The notes beneath the pieces were generated by a model. The model saw only the letters and a list, made by a program, of their open reading frames with translations. It searched no databases and was not told the origin of the DNA. The position numbers and the translations under genes were made by a program. DNA of 60,885 nucleotides, the filler included, from Sphacelaria rigidula (Eukaryota): the NCBI GenBank assembly GCA_964200075.2. It is 6 parts of 6 records of this genome, joined end to end, with 100 filler letters (N's around TTAATTAATTAA, not from the genome) between each part and the next. Parts side by side here need not be neighbours in the genome. Positions count along the whole stretch, not along the records: positions 10,167 to 20,231 come from CAXNAA020007218.1; positions 20,332 to 30,395 come from CAXNAA020007219.1; 4 more parts are not named here. One strand, given 5' to 3'. The number at the start of each line of letters is the position of its first letter. The first letter of the stretch is position 1. Shown one piece after another: positions 12,591 to 25,165 of this stretch.

Positions 12591-13848
12591 ATGTGCGCCT
12601 TGCGCAGCTGCGTTGTTTTTCTTCACGGCACTTTCTGGTCGCTCTTTGGAGAACCGGAAGATGGAAGTGGTACATGCAGGATAATATTGTCAAAAGGAAA
12701 AACTCTTCTGTGAGAACGAGCTTGTGGTTGCAATGAATGGTCATTTTCTGTTCAACTTGCTGCTCGTGTACTGTACGGAAAAGGCACCAGTGAGTGTATG
12801 GATGGGCGCGCCATTGCTTGACATCGTCCGCCAACTTCGGTAGGGTTACGCGCAAGTTTCACACCCGGAAGAAATGCGTACTAGAAGTCGAACCTTCGAA
12901 TCCTCGGGTCACCCAGCACTGCTGCAAATGAACATATGGAACGATGGATCCAATCCCGGACGATGAGTGGTTATGCAAACAAAAGCATGCCATCGCCCGT
13001 GAGAATAAAGACCTTTCGTCAAGGGTACGGCGATCTCATGATCTCTTGATATAACCGGACACTAGTTGTAGAACCTTTGTACCACCACTGATCCAGGAGA
13101 ACCTCCATCAGAACTGAACCCTTTCACGATATTCACATGATTTTCAGAACATTAAACGATATAGCCCCAGCTTGCCGTTCACCGACCTCCCAGTGCAGTG
13201 CAGTGGTGCACCTTGACCAATCTTCCTGTCTACACTTGATGACGGCACGGACAAGCTACCGAATCTTGTCTGCCATCCTTGTGGTGAACATAGTCGTCTG
13301 GCGCGGTCGCACAGCTGCACTTTCTATGCTGGCTAGCTCAGCGGTGCGAAGCAGCAGCAGGATAATAGCACGGCGCTGGTGGATTGAGGCTCCTCACATC
13401 GCAGGCAAGTCCTCGAGAAGGGCAACGCCGACAACGCCCACTACACCAGGCGACAGCTTTGTTCTCACGGGTAAAGGCTGGGCAATGGCTGCGGCGTCGG
13501 CATCTACCGTGACTCTGCAGACTCATGTTGAGGACGCAAGAAGGTGACACTGGCACTTAGTTTCCCACAAGTACAAGTAAACAAGGCACGGTACTGTGTT
13601 GTGTAACAGTCTATAGTCGAACAGCACGTCTAGCAGTCATGTTCATACAGTACTTGTATAGGTTAAGTGGCCGCGTGGTTGAGTCGGATCATGAGCTGGT
13701 TGCCTTCAGCTGAGGATGGTCACTTGGGGTTAGTGGTGTGTGCTGTACAGGACGTCAATGAAAGAGTCGCTACGCAGAATGTCTCGAGGCACTTCAGTCT
13801 CGTTCTCCAGCACGGTAGTTTGAATTTTGGTAAGTGGTTTGAATTTTC

Positions 13849-14420
13849 CAAGGTTGTGTTCGGTAAGGTACGTTTTTCTGTATACCCGGGGTATTTTTCC
13901 GGGTATGTACCGTACCCGNNNNNNNNNGCTGTAAGACTTTCATACCGGTACCCGACAGTTCTTAAATCTCTGTAAGACTCTCATACTCTTACCCGATAGT
14001 TCTGTGAGTTCTGTACATAACATTTACCCGAACCCGAAGGGCGGGTATACCCGAAAAGAGTTACCCGATTGCCGGTACCGGTTCTCTGTAAGCCTCCCAT
14101 ACCGTACGCGACAAGTTCTGTAAAGTCTGTAAGACTTTCATACCGGTACCCGAAAGTTCTGTAAGTTCTGTACACAATATTTACCCGAACCGGAGGGGCG
14201 GGTACACCCGAAGAGAGTTACCCGATTGCCGGCACCTGTTCTCCGTAAGCCTCCCGTACCGTACCCGACAAGTTCTGTAAAGTCTGTAAGACTTTCATAC
14301 CGGTACCCGAAAGTTCTGTAAACTCTGAGACTTCCATACCGGTACCCGATATTTCGGTAAACTCTGTACGGAATCTCATACCCAACAGAACGTACCCGTA
14401 CCTTATAGAACACAACCTCG
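13849..14420. mobile_element. Non-autonomous hAT/P-like element with internal GTACCCG-rich tandem repeats (9-N gap at 13919-13927)
   Basis: Perfect 8-bp TSD GAATTTTC (13841-13848 and 14421-14428). 24-bp TIRs CAAGGTTGTGTTCGGTAAGGTACG and rc CGAGGTTGTGTTCTATAAGGTACG. Interior has repeated ctgtaagactttcataccggtacccga blocks. Confidence 0.85.
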
Positions 14421-15419
14421 GAATTTTCGTTTCACACTGAACAAAGATGGCACAACAGTAGTTGAGGGTGACTGGATGACTGCTACATGTACACACACGT
14501 ATGGCACAGCTTTTCCAGCCTTATTTTTTTCATCTCTCCAATCGACATGAGTGCACAACATATAGCAGCTACAACAGCAATTGTTTGCATTGAGTAATCG
14601 TGGGCATCCAGTACATGTGGATTAGATGAGGCAAAACAAAAGATGTGAACGCCGAGCCACAGATTGACTGAAGTGGAGAAAAGCGACACGAGCTCATGGG
14701 CGCAAGCAACACCTACGGTAAATAAACAGCTCGGATCGCTAATTTCAAGCTTCTACTCTCGGCGCCGACATTTGCGCAAAACAACCAGATCTGAGTGCTT
14801 CACGTGTGACTTCATCCATTGAAATAGGGACGGTGCTTCGAGTGAGAACCTTGGGGAAGCACGACCACACGGGAGTGGGCTCCCAAAGGGAGGGAAGCCT
14901 GACGGACTGGCGCCTGCCAGTACCACCGGTATGCTGGCCCGTATTGTGCCCGCTGAGGAACCGTGGTTGACGGAGGCTGGTGGGCGACTTCGCGAGGGAA
15001 AGTTGGTGGCGTTCCCCACAGGTGATCAATACGGAGAAATTAACAAATGCGTTTTGTGATGAGGCTGTAAGCTGGCGGCTCTGGTCAGTTAAGTTCAAAC
15101 TGGTCGCGCCAGCGGCCAGTACATGAATGTTTTTCACACGTCGTACAGATCGTGATTCGTCTGAAGCAACAAATCTAAGAAGACTCTCGGACCCGTTGAT
15201 CCCAACGCACAAAAAATGCGACCGCGGAGTGAGAAAAGCCAAACCGCAACCTTTGCGCTACTCGGCGTCCTCGGCGTCCGGCGCTGTAGAGAGCAAGCAC
15301 GGAAAAGGGGGGTCAAATGATCCGGATCATAATCCGGATCAGTATACTGAGAGGAAGTAGTTTTCAGACAGATCGTCGTCTGTCCGACGTGTGATGTTTT
15401 CGATTAACTTAATCGTCGA

Positions 15420-15989
15420 TTAACTGGTGAAGCATCGACGGCGAGTGATGGAAGCTGGGAGCCCCAACGCCCCTCCCATTCGGTTGGCGTCGGTTGGCGA
15501 CGACGCTGTAAAACACGCCTCTCACCGCGTAAGCTAGCCAACCGATTTGCCGTGTTTTTCTGCGCTTGCGTTTGTTTGCGGTAACCATGATGGTCGAACT
15601 AGATAATGTTGTGCGGAGTGGGAGAACCTCTATTCGGCGCAAAGAGGATGATCATACTACGTAGTGTTTTCATCGTTAGACACCCATGAGGCAGTGCTTA
15701 ACCCAAAGCTGTCTCTGGAAGTGGCGGTACCAGAAAATGAAGAAATTCATTAGAGGGTGTCATCCAAATGCAAGATAATTGGTACGCTTCGGGCCGAACA
15801 ATGTTAGCGGGATGCAGCTCACCCTTGATGCGACTCGCCAAGCGCACCACGGCGCTTCGCGCTTGGTGTTTTAGTGCGAATCTGGTCCGTCGAAAATCCG
15901 GCGCGCTCCGTTCTGGCTCTGTAGGGATGCGAGGTCAATGGTCATACGACTACGGCATGCAAGATCATGAGTACAACCCCCCTCCCCCC
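15420..15989 (+). mobile_element. 5'-truncated poly(C)-tailed element, subfamily B (longest copy; 5' edge approximate)
   Basis: Aligns with 2510-3028. Ends gggatgcgaggtcaatggtcatacgactacggcatgcaagatcatgagtacaacccccctccccccc. Confidence 0.75.
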
Positions 15990-18900
15990 CGGGCTGGTGA
16001 GGGGGTCTCGCGGGGGGCCCGCGGGAGCGCCGCCGGAGGCAAAACGAACGCGGTGTTCTGGTTGTTTCCCCTTCAATTTTTTTTCCCGTGGTATCTGTAA
16101 CCCTGTTGAGAAAAAATACATGTATCATCACTAGTTGGAGTAGAGTGCACCTTTTCTATTGGTACCGGGCACGAGCTCAGATTTCGTGTTGTCCGGCCAC
16201 AAATATATCAAACATTGGATAACGCCCCCTTTCGACGAGATTGCTACGGGGGAGACGCTTTGATTTTTTCCCAGGGAAAAGGAATGGGGGGAGAAGGGGA
16301 TCATAACGGAATTGTATGTGGTGGGTATGTTGCTTCTGTGTGTGTGTGTTTTTTTTTTCTTGTAGTCTACTCTGCTTGTTCTATCTTGCGTGTTCGGGGG
16401 CATCGCTATCCATCTGTAAATGCCTACAGTAAATATATAGCGAAAAGGGTAAATTTTACCCTCCATCGTCTCTGGAGACGGGGTAGAGTAATTTCATTCT
16501 GGGTGGGGAGAAATGGGGGCGGGGGGGCGGTGGTAAATACGCTATCGTTAACACATTTCATTGACGTTTTCGTGTTGTTTGGGTGTATCGCGATTGGTGA
16601 CATTTGATTTGGGGAAACGGTGCGTATATTGAAGGGCCGTAGGCAAAAGTGACTCGACCCACGCTTTTTTCAACCATAAAGGGATCTGGGCAAAACACAG
16701 GTACGGGCTCTGTACTCGCGCCTCTGAAATAGATCGAAATCCAATCCTTACGCCAAGACAAGTCAACCACGGCCTCGACAGAGCACGGAAGTCGACTTTC
16801 ACGGAAATTTCGGGCGCGCCCACGGACAAAATAGTGCCGCGGGCATTTGATCTCCGGATGAGGAAGTATTAGTCATATATTGTTTTTCCCATGTTTTTAG
16901 TATCGCGACAAAACTTTTTCCATTTGCACAGTATAGGCCAAAACGGTGGATACCACCCCTAAATTCAGCGTAGAAAGCCCCCCCACCCCTGCCCCCCCCT
17001 CTCGTGGACAGCTGTTTTCATATCCCCTGCGCCACCATACACCCCCCCACCCAAATTCGACTCCACCAATGTTGTTGATGAACTATTATGCGCCACCTGT
17101 TATTTTTTTGGCTCTTGATGAGTTCCGTAAATGATTGAAGTCGAAAATCTCAGAAACGTGGCCTAGAATAGAGTTGAACCACCCCATTCAAAAATCCTTA
17201 TGAAATATAGCCGATGATGGGAACTTCAAATAAACTGGACAGCTGGCGCCCCGTTGCCAGTTCCAGTTTAACTCTTGTTCCAGTTTAAACGGTGGTATCA
17301 ACTGGTCCAGTTCACAGCCCTACTTCCTGAGGTTTTCGAATCCAACAGAATTGCGGCAAGACAACCCAGAACGCTGGTGTTATCTCCCATGTTTTAGTGC
17401 TGACGAAGTCCATCGGCAGTGTCTGGGTTTGCATTGGATTTGTTCAATGCAGAACGAGCTGGTGATATGTATGTGTACCTATTCGATATTGAATGGTACT
17501 CGATACCCGATGAAAACTGCACCTTTTGTAGCTTACTTCTGGGCACTGCGAACAAACCAAATAGCGACGACGGTAAAACTTAGCGTTGTACGTATCCCTT
17601 GAGAGAACTGCCCTATTTTTTCACCGGTCGCCGTGCCGTTACCTTAACAGAGTCGCGTCCCAACGTCTGTGTGTGAGAATGTATCCCAGACAATCTCCTC
17701 AGTAGTGTGTTCATGATCCCGTCGTTTGCTTCTCCGCGTGTTGGTGCGTCCCTTGTCTTATTTGTTCCCCGTCACCCAGAAACAGTGTATGGATTAGGCG
17801 CGAACGCTCTGTCTGAATCGGCCGTGCTCAAGATTTTTGAGGTGAGATAGTCAAGTGAGACAAGCATGCAGACTGACTGCCGACGACCCGACTGTTGGAA
17901 AGCTGCTGTCTTTATGGAGTTGAAGAGGTTTGAAGGCGAGCCCCTGCAAGGCACGAGAGGTTTCCATATAGAATCGGCGACGGCCTTCCGCGACCTCGAC
18001 TGTTTTTGCCGTTTATACGCCATGCTCCTCGCGAGTCGGCAGCGGTGAGACGACTTTTTCAGATCTTGTGCCTGCCGAGCACATTGGCTACTGTTCTGAG
18101 GCGCGTTCATGGGTAAAATCCTGTCACCGAATCATTTATTCTATTTTTCGGCCCCAACGTGAAGTTCGAAGAGATGGACAAAAAATTGGACCGTTTGAAC
18201 TCGTCACGCCCACACGTATCACGAATGACCGCATGAGTTGTGCGGGGAATTTGACAAGACTGCGATGTTTTGCACGCCGCTGTAAGAGTTTTCCGATATC
18301 TTCCGCACCTAAACCGTTCTCATAGCACAGTCATTCATGTCACAGCGCCCGGCGTGGGTTTGGCAAAGAGCTTTGCTGTCGTATAACCGGAGATGCACTG
18401 AGATGGAAGTATCATAGAGACCGTGTATCAGTGTGTCAACACAGAGGTAGACCTCAACGAAAATATGCATGGATCTGGGAACGTAAACCGTAACAGTACG
18501 CCATCATATGCTAGAATGACTCGCAGCCCATGAACGTCCCAACCGCAGATGAACAAGCACCACATTCCTATTTCGGTGCACTCTGCATTTCTTGGAACTT
18601 TGAAAAGGTCCGAAGACTCCTACCGCAGCAGTACCAGCATCACCCATGCCACACAGCGCGGGGTGATGGTGGTGAGGTGGTGTACGCCCGAGTACTACCT
18701 GGCATCTGGTTCGCAGCGATGACCGAAGCAGCGTAGAGATGCCTCCCTCGGCTTTGTGCACGAGGATGAGATAATGTGCTTGTCTCTTCAGACCCTCTCG
18801 CACATATGATTTTCTCAGATCTTGATGCACCACACATACATGTATACTGTCTCTGAGAGCCACCGTCAATGTGAGATGACATGCACCACACCAAGGGAAC

Positions 18901-19651
18901 GGAGGAACTATAAGTATCAATAGACTCAAGGGAACACCGTCGGAGCGTTGTGGTTACTTGAAAATAGTGACCTCACGCTTGCCGTCGGCTCGAGGGCATC
19001 CAATTCCCGACGACTCAGATGTCGATCACCACAACAGGAAATGTCGCACGGCTCGTTGCGTGGTGCTCTCTGTCAGCTGATATTTGGTGTCAAAAATATG
19101 TTTTTTCTTACGCACATCCATGAAAAACGCCGATCAAATAAAAGATATGTTGCAAAATAGTGCTTTTTTGGTATGTACGTCACTGTGGAGGGATGAAGGC
19201 AAAATTATGATTTTCACCTAGAATACCAAAAATGACACCTGTCCAGAGGTGGTGCCTTCGCCTTTGACACCAGCCAGATCATCGCCAGAGGGTAGAACTG
19301 CTCGATCTGCGATTTTCGATTTTCCTACAGTGTAGTTAAATAAATAACTTCTTTACGGTGTAGCCTTGAATATATTTAGGGGGCGTACTTGCTCTGGTCG
19401 CGGGGACTGGGTTTGAGGGGTCGAATAGGCTGCAGAACCAATGCGAACAGCACCAAGTCAATGACTCCAGAATACCGCACACGACCATCACGACCATGCA
19501 CCGGCAGTGTTGTCAATACCGGTGATCTTGACTAAACCCGTAGCGCTACTGAAATGTGTCACCGGCAGCCACTAGCGATACCCCCTACTGCAGCCCTGAA
19601 GCTTGGACAGATGTGTCGTTTTCTCCTTGTCCCCCCCGCAAAAAATCACAG

Positions 19652-19799
19652 GCGAAGCAGCGTCCATTGACGGATCCGCTGATCGTGCACGTGCCGGACA
19701 CCGCGAGTGCCCTGGCGTTCTTGGACTTTGACGGCGAGGGAGGGGGGGGGGACAAAGCTCGCCGCTTGCTTGCTCTGCTCGGAGAGAAGTTGTGGCCCG
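19652..19799 (+). CDS. Isolated internal exon of an unidentified gene
   Basis: Pyrimidine tract then CAG| acceptor, G|GTGAGT donor. Open GC3-rich frame AKQRPLTDPLIVHVPDTASALAFLDFDGEGGGGDKARRLLALLGEKLWP(G). No partner exon found. Confidence 0.5.
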
Positions 19800-20231
19800 G
19801 TGAGTGAGGAAAGTGCAAACAGGTACAAGCTGGGCCGGCCAAAAAGCCAACAATCCTTCAGTCGGGTCTAGCTCTACGGCTGTCACGAGTTTGGGCTTCG
19901 AATTTGGAGGCTGATTTCATCAGGCAATACAGGAATGATGGGCGCCGGAAAAAAAATGCTTTGCACTGATGTAGGGAAATTGCGGCAAATTGGCGGCGCG
20001 GTGGAGAGTTGTCCAACTGTAAAATTGACTGAAAGAAAGTATCCCCGATCAAGCTAAAATTTGGTGTGTGCCTGCGTGATGGCATTGGGATAAGATGCAT
20101 GGTAGTTGTGAGGCTCAATTCGTCTTGTACCAAGAGTTATGGCCTCGTACATATTCCAGTCAATACACCAGTCAACGGAGGAAATGCAGGAATATCGCCG
20201 CGCGCCACTCATTTCTTCGAGGTGGGACCTC

Positions 20232-20331
20232 NNNNNNNNNNNNNNNNNNNNNNNNNNNNNNNNNNNNNNNNNNNNTTAATTAATTAANNNNNNNNNNNNN
20301 NNNNNNNNNNNNNNNNNNNNNNNNNNNNNNN
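20232..20331. other. Artificial contig spacer
   Basis: Same N44-TTAATTAATTAA-N44 structure. Confidence 0.98.
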
Positions 20332-20650
20332 TGGGACGCGGGCGGCCCTGGAAAGGATCACCTCAATGCAGGCTTCCCTCGAGAAGGAGCGACGGACGAC
20401 GGCAGACGCTGAGGGCAGGACGCGGGCGGCCCTGGAAAGGATCACCTCTATGCAGGCTTCCCTTGAGAAGGAGCAACGGACGACGGCAAACGCTGAAGGT
20501 AGGACGCGGGCGGCCCTGGAAAGGATCACCTCTATGCAGGCTTTCCTCGAGAAGGAGCGACGGGTGACGGCAGACGCTGAGGGCAGGATGCGGGCCGCCC
20601 TGGAAAGGATCACCCATCTAGAGGCCGAGGCGGCGCAGCGTGAGGCCAAG
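20332..20650 (+). CDS. Coiled-coil / C-terminal TM protein, first visible exon (5' end cut by contig edge), with 28-aa repeats
   Basis: MQASLEKERRTTADAEGRTRAALERITS x~3.3, then HLEAEAAQREAK and AAG|GTAGGA donor, phase 0. Confidence 0.8.
20335..20614 (+). repeat. Coding tandem repeat, 84-bp unit, ~3.3 copies visible
   Basis: Units start at 20366, 20450 and 20534 and are near-identical in DNA. Confidence 0.95.
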
Positions 20651-21881
20651 GTAGGACGCCGTACTGACAGGGGGTGTCACGTTCATGGCCTTCCGGGGTT
20701 ACTGGGAGAAGATTCCTCCTTGCGCCGACTCGACACACTCGACAAAGCCACAGCGGCCTCGCTTCGTATTGTTCATTGTTCCTGGTGTATCACTATACAC
20801 TGGACAGACGCGCAAAGCTAAGCAACATATTCTCCAGCAGATGTACACTTATTTGCCGGAGAGGAACACAAAGGTGTACATGTTTCAGCTGATGAAGAAG
20901 TATATATATATATATGTGTGTATATAGTTCACCTTGCATGTTGCAATGAGAGCTGTGCATTTTCAGACAAGAATGTTCCATGGGAAGATTGAATCGTTAC
21001 CGCTTGGTGCGCATGCAGCACTGCACCGTGGCACCCCGAAACGGGCGGTAGCGGAATGGCTCTTGTGCTGCGATTCGCAATGATGCTCTCTATCTCTAGC
21101 ACCCATGTCGGGCGCCGCGATGCAGCTCCTAGACGATGCTCACGAAATTGAAAAAAACAAGTTGCGCCCTTGCCTCGCCTCCCCTTGTCCGTCGCTGAGC
21201 GGCTCGGGGACGCTTGCTGACTGAGCGCGGGTTAGTGAGCGAGGAAAATATGGTGTCCATGGAGAGCGACTTGAGCGCCGCGGCGTCGCGAGATGTCGAG
21301 GCAAGTAGTCTGACTCAGGGCAACTGGTATGACTCAAGGCAACACTTGAGCCACTTGCCTTGGCATCTTGCTCTACCGCAGCGCTGATCTCGTTATCCAT
21401 GGTCACCATCTTTTCCTTGCTCGCCGATCGGCGCTCAGCCAGCTCGTGCACCTGAGCCACTCCGCGACGGGGCAAAGGAGGGTCGGGGAGGCTAGCGCCC
21501 ACGTCGTCATCAAGTTTGTGAGCACCGTTTCCAAGCTGCACTGCGGCGTCGGGGACTAGCCGTTTGACAGAGAGAATCACCGTAAGGCATAATGAGTGAA
21601 GTATTGCGTTACCGTTCGTTCCTGAGCACCATGTGCAATACTACATGCGCTCCGGGCGATGGCTTCAACTCCTACACATGGCGTTTGCCCTTGATGTTGT
21701 GTTGTTGAAGCTCATACCGTGATGGTGGAAACTACGTATCCCGGCACATTGCTCCCCGACGAGCCGGGTGTTTCTGAAAGACATTCGTACGCCGCAGTAG
21801 CTCTGCCGTAGATACTGACGTAATTCTCAAAGTTCCCTCCCGCTCTCGCTTTATCCCTCCCTCCGTGGCTGAATGTGTCAG

Positions 21882-22061
21882 GTCCAAGAGCTCAACGAGT
21901 ACGTGGTCGCTACAGAGGCCAAGGCTCTCCGGGACCTCGAAGGGGTCAGAGAAGACCGCTCAGAGTACGAGATGCTGGCCGCGGAGGCTAGGGAACGAGC
22001 TATTGGTATGAGGGCGGAGAGGAATCTCGCGTTCGAGGTGGCACAGGACGCGGAAAAGAAG
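21882..22061 (+). CDS. Coiled-coil / TM protein, exon 2 of visible model
   Basis: CAG|...AAG|GTAATA, 180 bp, phase 0/0. VQELNEYVVATEAKALRDLEGVREDRSEYEMLAAEARERAIGMRAERNLAFEVAQDAEKK. Confidence 0.8.
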
Positions 22062-22785
22062 GTAATAATCATGTCGGTGACAATGATTTCTTCGTTGTGG
22101 TACTCGATGCTGCTTCCGGAGGGGGGGGGGGAGGGGGGGAAGAAAAGCGGTTGCGAAGCTTGGGTGCTGTGCTGTCTCATGCAGCGCTGTGACGTGATTG
22201 GTTTCATTGTCGCACATGACCTGATCCCAGTCGTGGTGACGGGACAGACGCCTCCAAGATGAGTCAAACGAAAACCCTGGTTGCAGATGAAGGGAAGTCC
22301 AAAAAACATGAGACGGAGGGGAAACAATAGACGAAGTGGCCTCACAACAACAAACCAGGACCAGGAATCAAGTAGGATAACGAGAGGGAAGAAACGGAGA
22401 AGCGTTGGAAAATAAAAGAAGTGTTGCGACGAAAAAGAATAACGAAATACAACTAGAACTGGCCGGTCGATGCAGCACGGCTTCAGGTGAGAAAGGTTGC
22501 GCCCATACGCCTCACGAAATTAAAAGGCCGTGGGAACGAGCGGCTTGCGGCCCAGCGGTTTCGGACGATACTATTTGGGCACAAGCTCTGACCCATCCTG
22601 AGCCCCACGGAAACAAGGCCCCACATTTATTTTGTAAAACACTGAGAGGAAAGAAATAGAGAGAGAGACAGAGAAAGGGAGAGCAGAGAAGAAGGAAAAT
22701 GCGGAAGCGGCGAAATCCGCGGACGAGAGGGAGCATGTACAATAGCACAAATCAACAATACCGCAAGACCACAAGCCAAGGGGGG

Positions 22786-22835
22786 GGGGTGTACTCATGA
22801 TCATGCATGCCATAGTCATCAGACCATTGACCTCG
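22786..22835 (-). mobile_element. Short poly(C)-tailed element, subfamily B, intronic
   Basis: G-run plus tgtactcatgatcatgcatgccatagtcatcagaccattgacctcg, flanked by direct repeat CAAGCCAAGGGGGG (22772-22785 and 22836-22849). Confidence 0.85.
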
Positions 22836-23623
22836 CAAGCCAAGGGGGGAGAAGGCACTAATCGATGAGAGAAGACAGGGGTATATATAGCATATCACTC
22901 TCCGTGCTAACCCAGCTTCCCCTACTCATCCCTGACTAGTTACAAAGCGGGACACTCTCTCGACCATTTCCATCCTGAACTCCTCGCGAGCTGTTGCTGT
23001 AGCCGTTGCTGTATCATCAGTAGGGGCTTTCTCTCCGATTGGCGGCTCTCGGCGCAGAAGCCTTCCGTTTGTGGTGAAGGTTCTATTGGAGTTTGTCTTC
23101 GCGTCGCCGCGTGCCCTCGAACTGTTCCCCCACGTTCTCGACTCCAAGATGCCATTTGCTCGTATTCTTGGCCGCAGTTACCCATTTCGTGGTGTCGTTA
23201 TTTTGAGCTTGCTGTTGTAACTCTTGTGTACTCTACTGCATCAACTATATTCTTGTGGCTGAGCTCTCTGTGTACCGTATTCTAGCGGTTGACGCTGTGC
23301 TTTGCTACGCTGTGGTGTACCGCTGCTGTGCCGGGCTGCACTACTGTATTCTTTGTATAGCGTGTTGCTGTTGGGTCGATGCCATGGCTTCAGCTACACG
23401 CTGCACGTGGCACGTTGACAGAACACTCGTCTAGGGCGCCCAGTTACGTGATCACAAATGTGATGTATTTCCATCTCCACCGCAACATATGCCATCAAGA
23501 CACAATACTACTGTACTGTGCTACCATACTACATGCTACCATGCTGTCATGCTATCATGCGGTGGTGTTTGATCGCGCTATCGGATGACGCCTCTTCCCT
23601 TCCAACATGTGCATCGATCGCAG

Positions 23624-23700
23624 CTCGACGTGTGCACTACCGGCTTGGCCGCCTCCGAGGGCCAAGTCACCGCCCTGACCAAGGAAAACAAGGGCATGAG
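23624..23700 (+). CDS. Coiled-coil / TM protein, exon 3
   Basis: CAG|...AG|GTGGGT, 77 bp, phase 0/2. LDVCTTGLAASEGQVTALTKENKGM(R). Confidence 0.72.
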
Positions 23701-24928
23701 GTGGGTGGACGGCTGGCTGTGGTTCCCTTCTTACATGCGAGCAAGCCACGGGTAGTATGTACGTGCGATGCGTTGAGGTGCAGCATGCGTGTATACTGGA
23801 AGAGGAGGAGAGTAGTGTGCATTCAGTCTCTGTGAGTTGTGCCTGCAAAGGAAAAAAGGAACCAAGAATGGTGTGTTCCGGGGTCTGGATAGAATCGACA
23901 GTCTCCGCTGAACATCATGTAGAAAATTCAAGGCCGACTGCAGTAGTAGCTAGATGTCCATGTGTCCTCAGTCTTTGGTATTTGTCTCTGTACAGTTGAC
24001 CCGCTCTCCTCTTCTGTAAGAGGAGACATCACGTGCTATCACAAAAATAATGCTTGTGTGTCGAAGCGTGTGCCCACTGAGCAAGTATTGTTTGTGGACA
24101 GCCAGTACGTATAGACATGATGATTCTGCATGGGCTCGGTTTCCTGGGTGGTTGTGATGCGTGTTTTGTTTTTGGATCCATTGATGTGCGCATAAATTTA
24201 TGTGGAACGACTAAGAGGGCTATTGGAAGTAAGAACGTTTTGCTGCAAGGATGATGAAGTGGGGCGGGGGCAGAAGATGTATGATACCAAAATTTGCTTA
24301 GCGGCTGGAGGATGGTAATCGCAGGTGCCTCAGTGAAGCTAGAGCGACCTGTTTCGCGTCTCTTGAGTCTGACTCAATGAGACGGATGTTTCGGTGCTGC
24401 TCTATGATTTTCTGTCGTACAACACTCCTGAATTACCTCTCTCTCCAACCCCGTCCTCAGGACGAGTGTAGTTTCGTGGTACCAATCGATCTGTCCTCCA
24501 GCGTGCTACATGTGTTCCACCCCGTTCACTTTGTACCGAATTCCGTGGCAGCCGTTCGTCGGTTACTCCGCGGTCGATATACTGATCCTTCCGACAGGGG
24601 TGTCTATTCATTATTTATTTAGTATCCACTGAGGCTATGCATCTGCCTTCACGTGTCCTTCGCCGGGTCGAGTTATTTTCTTCTTCTCTGGTCCAGAATT
24701 CGCCTTTTTGAATCTGTCTACGATAACTGACCCGACAGATTCCTCCCCAAACATTCTCAAGAGAATATCTGCATTTATTTCGAGCAAGCAGACGCCTGAT
24801 CCAGTCAGAATACAGGTCACCCTTGTGAAAAAGCCACGCCAGTCCCCTTCTCTTTAGCTGACAGCTCGCTGGGTCTCCTCGCCGTGCTGTGTTGTCATTG
24901 TCCGGCAATGCTATTTACACGTCAACAG

Positions 24929-25040
24929 GGACGGTGTCGATAACCGGGCTGCCACCATCAGCGGGATGAGCCAGGAGATCGTGGCGATTTCACTTCATCT
25001 CGAGGACATCAACAACCCAGTGGGCTACACCCTATCCCAG
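24929..25040 (+). CDS. Coiled-coil / TM protein, exon 4
   Basis: CAG|...CAG|GTGCGT, 112 bp, phase 2/0. (R)DGVDNRAATISGMSQEIVAISLHLEDINNPVGYTLSQ. Confidence 0.75.
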
Positions 25041-25064
25041 GTGCGTGCGTGTGTGAGAGAGAGG

Positions 25065-25165
<101 letters not shown>

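Noticed and set aside
13928-14400. CRISPR-like array
   Set aside because: Degenerate tandem blocks without unique spacers, no cas genes, eukaryotic context, and bounded by TIRs and a TSD.
21140-21580. 146-aa minus-strand ORF inside an intron of the coiled-coil gene
   Set aside because: No ATG start, recognisable motif or splice-compatible partner exons.
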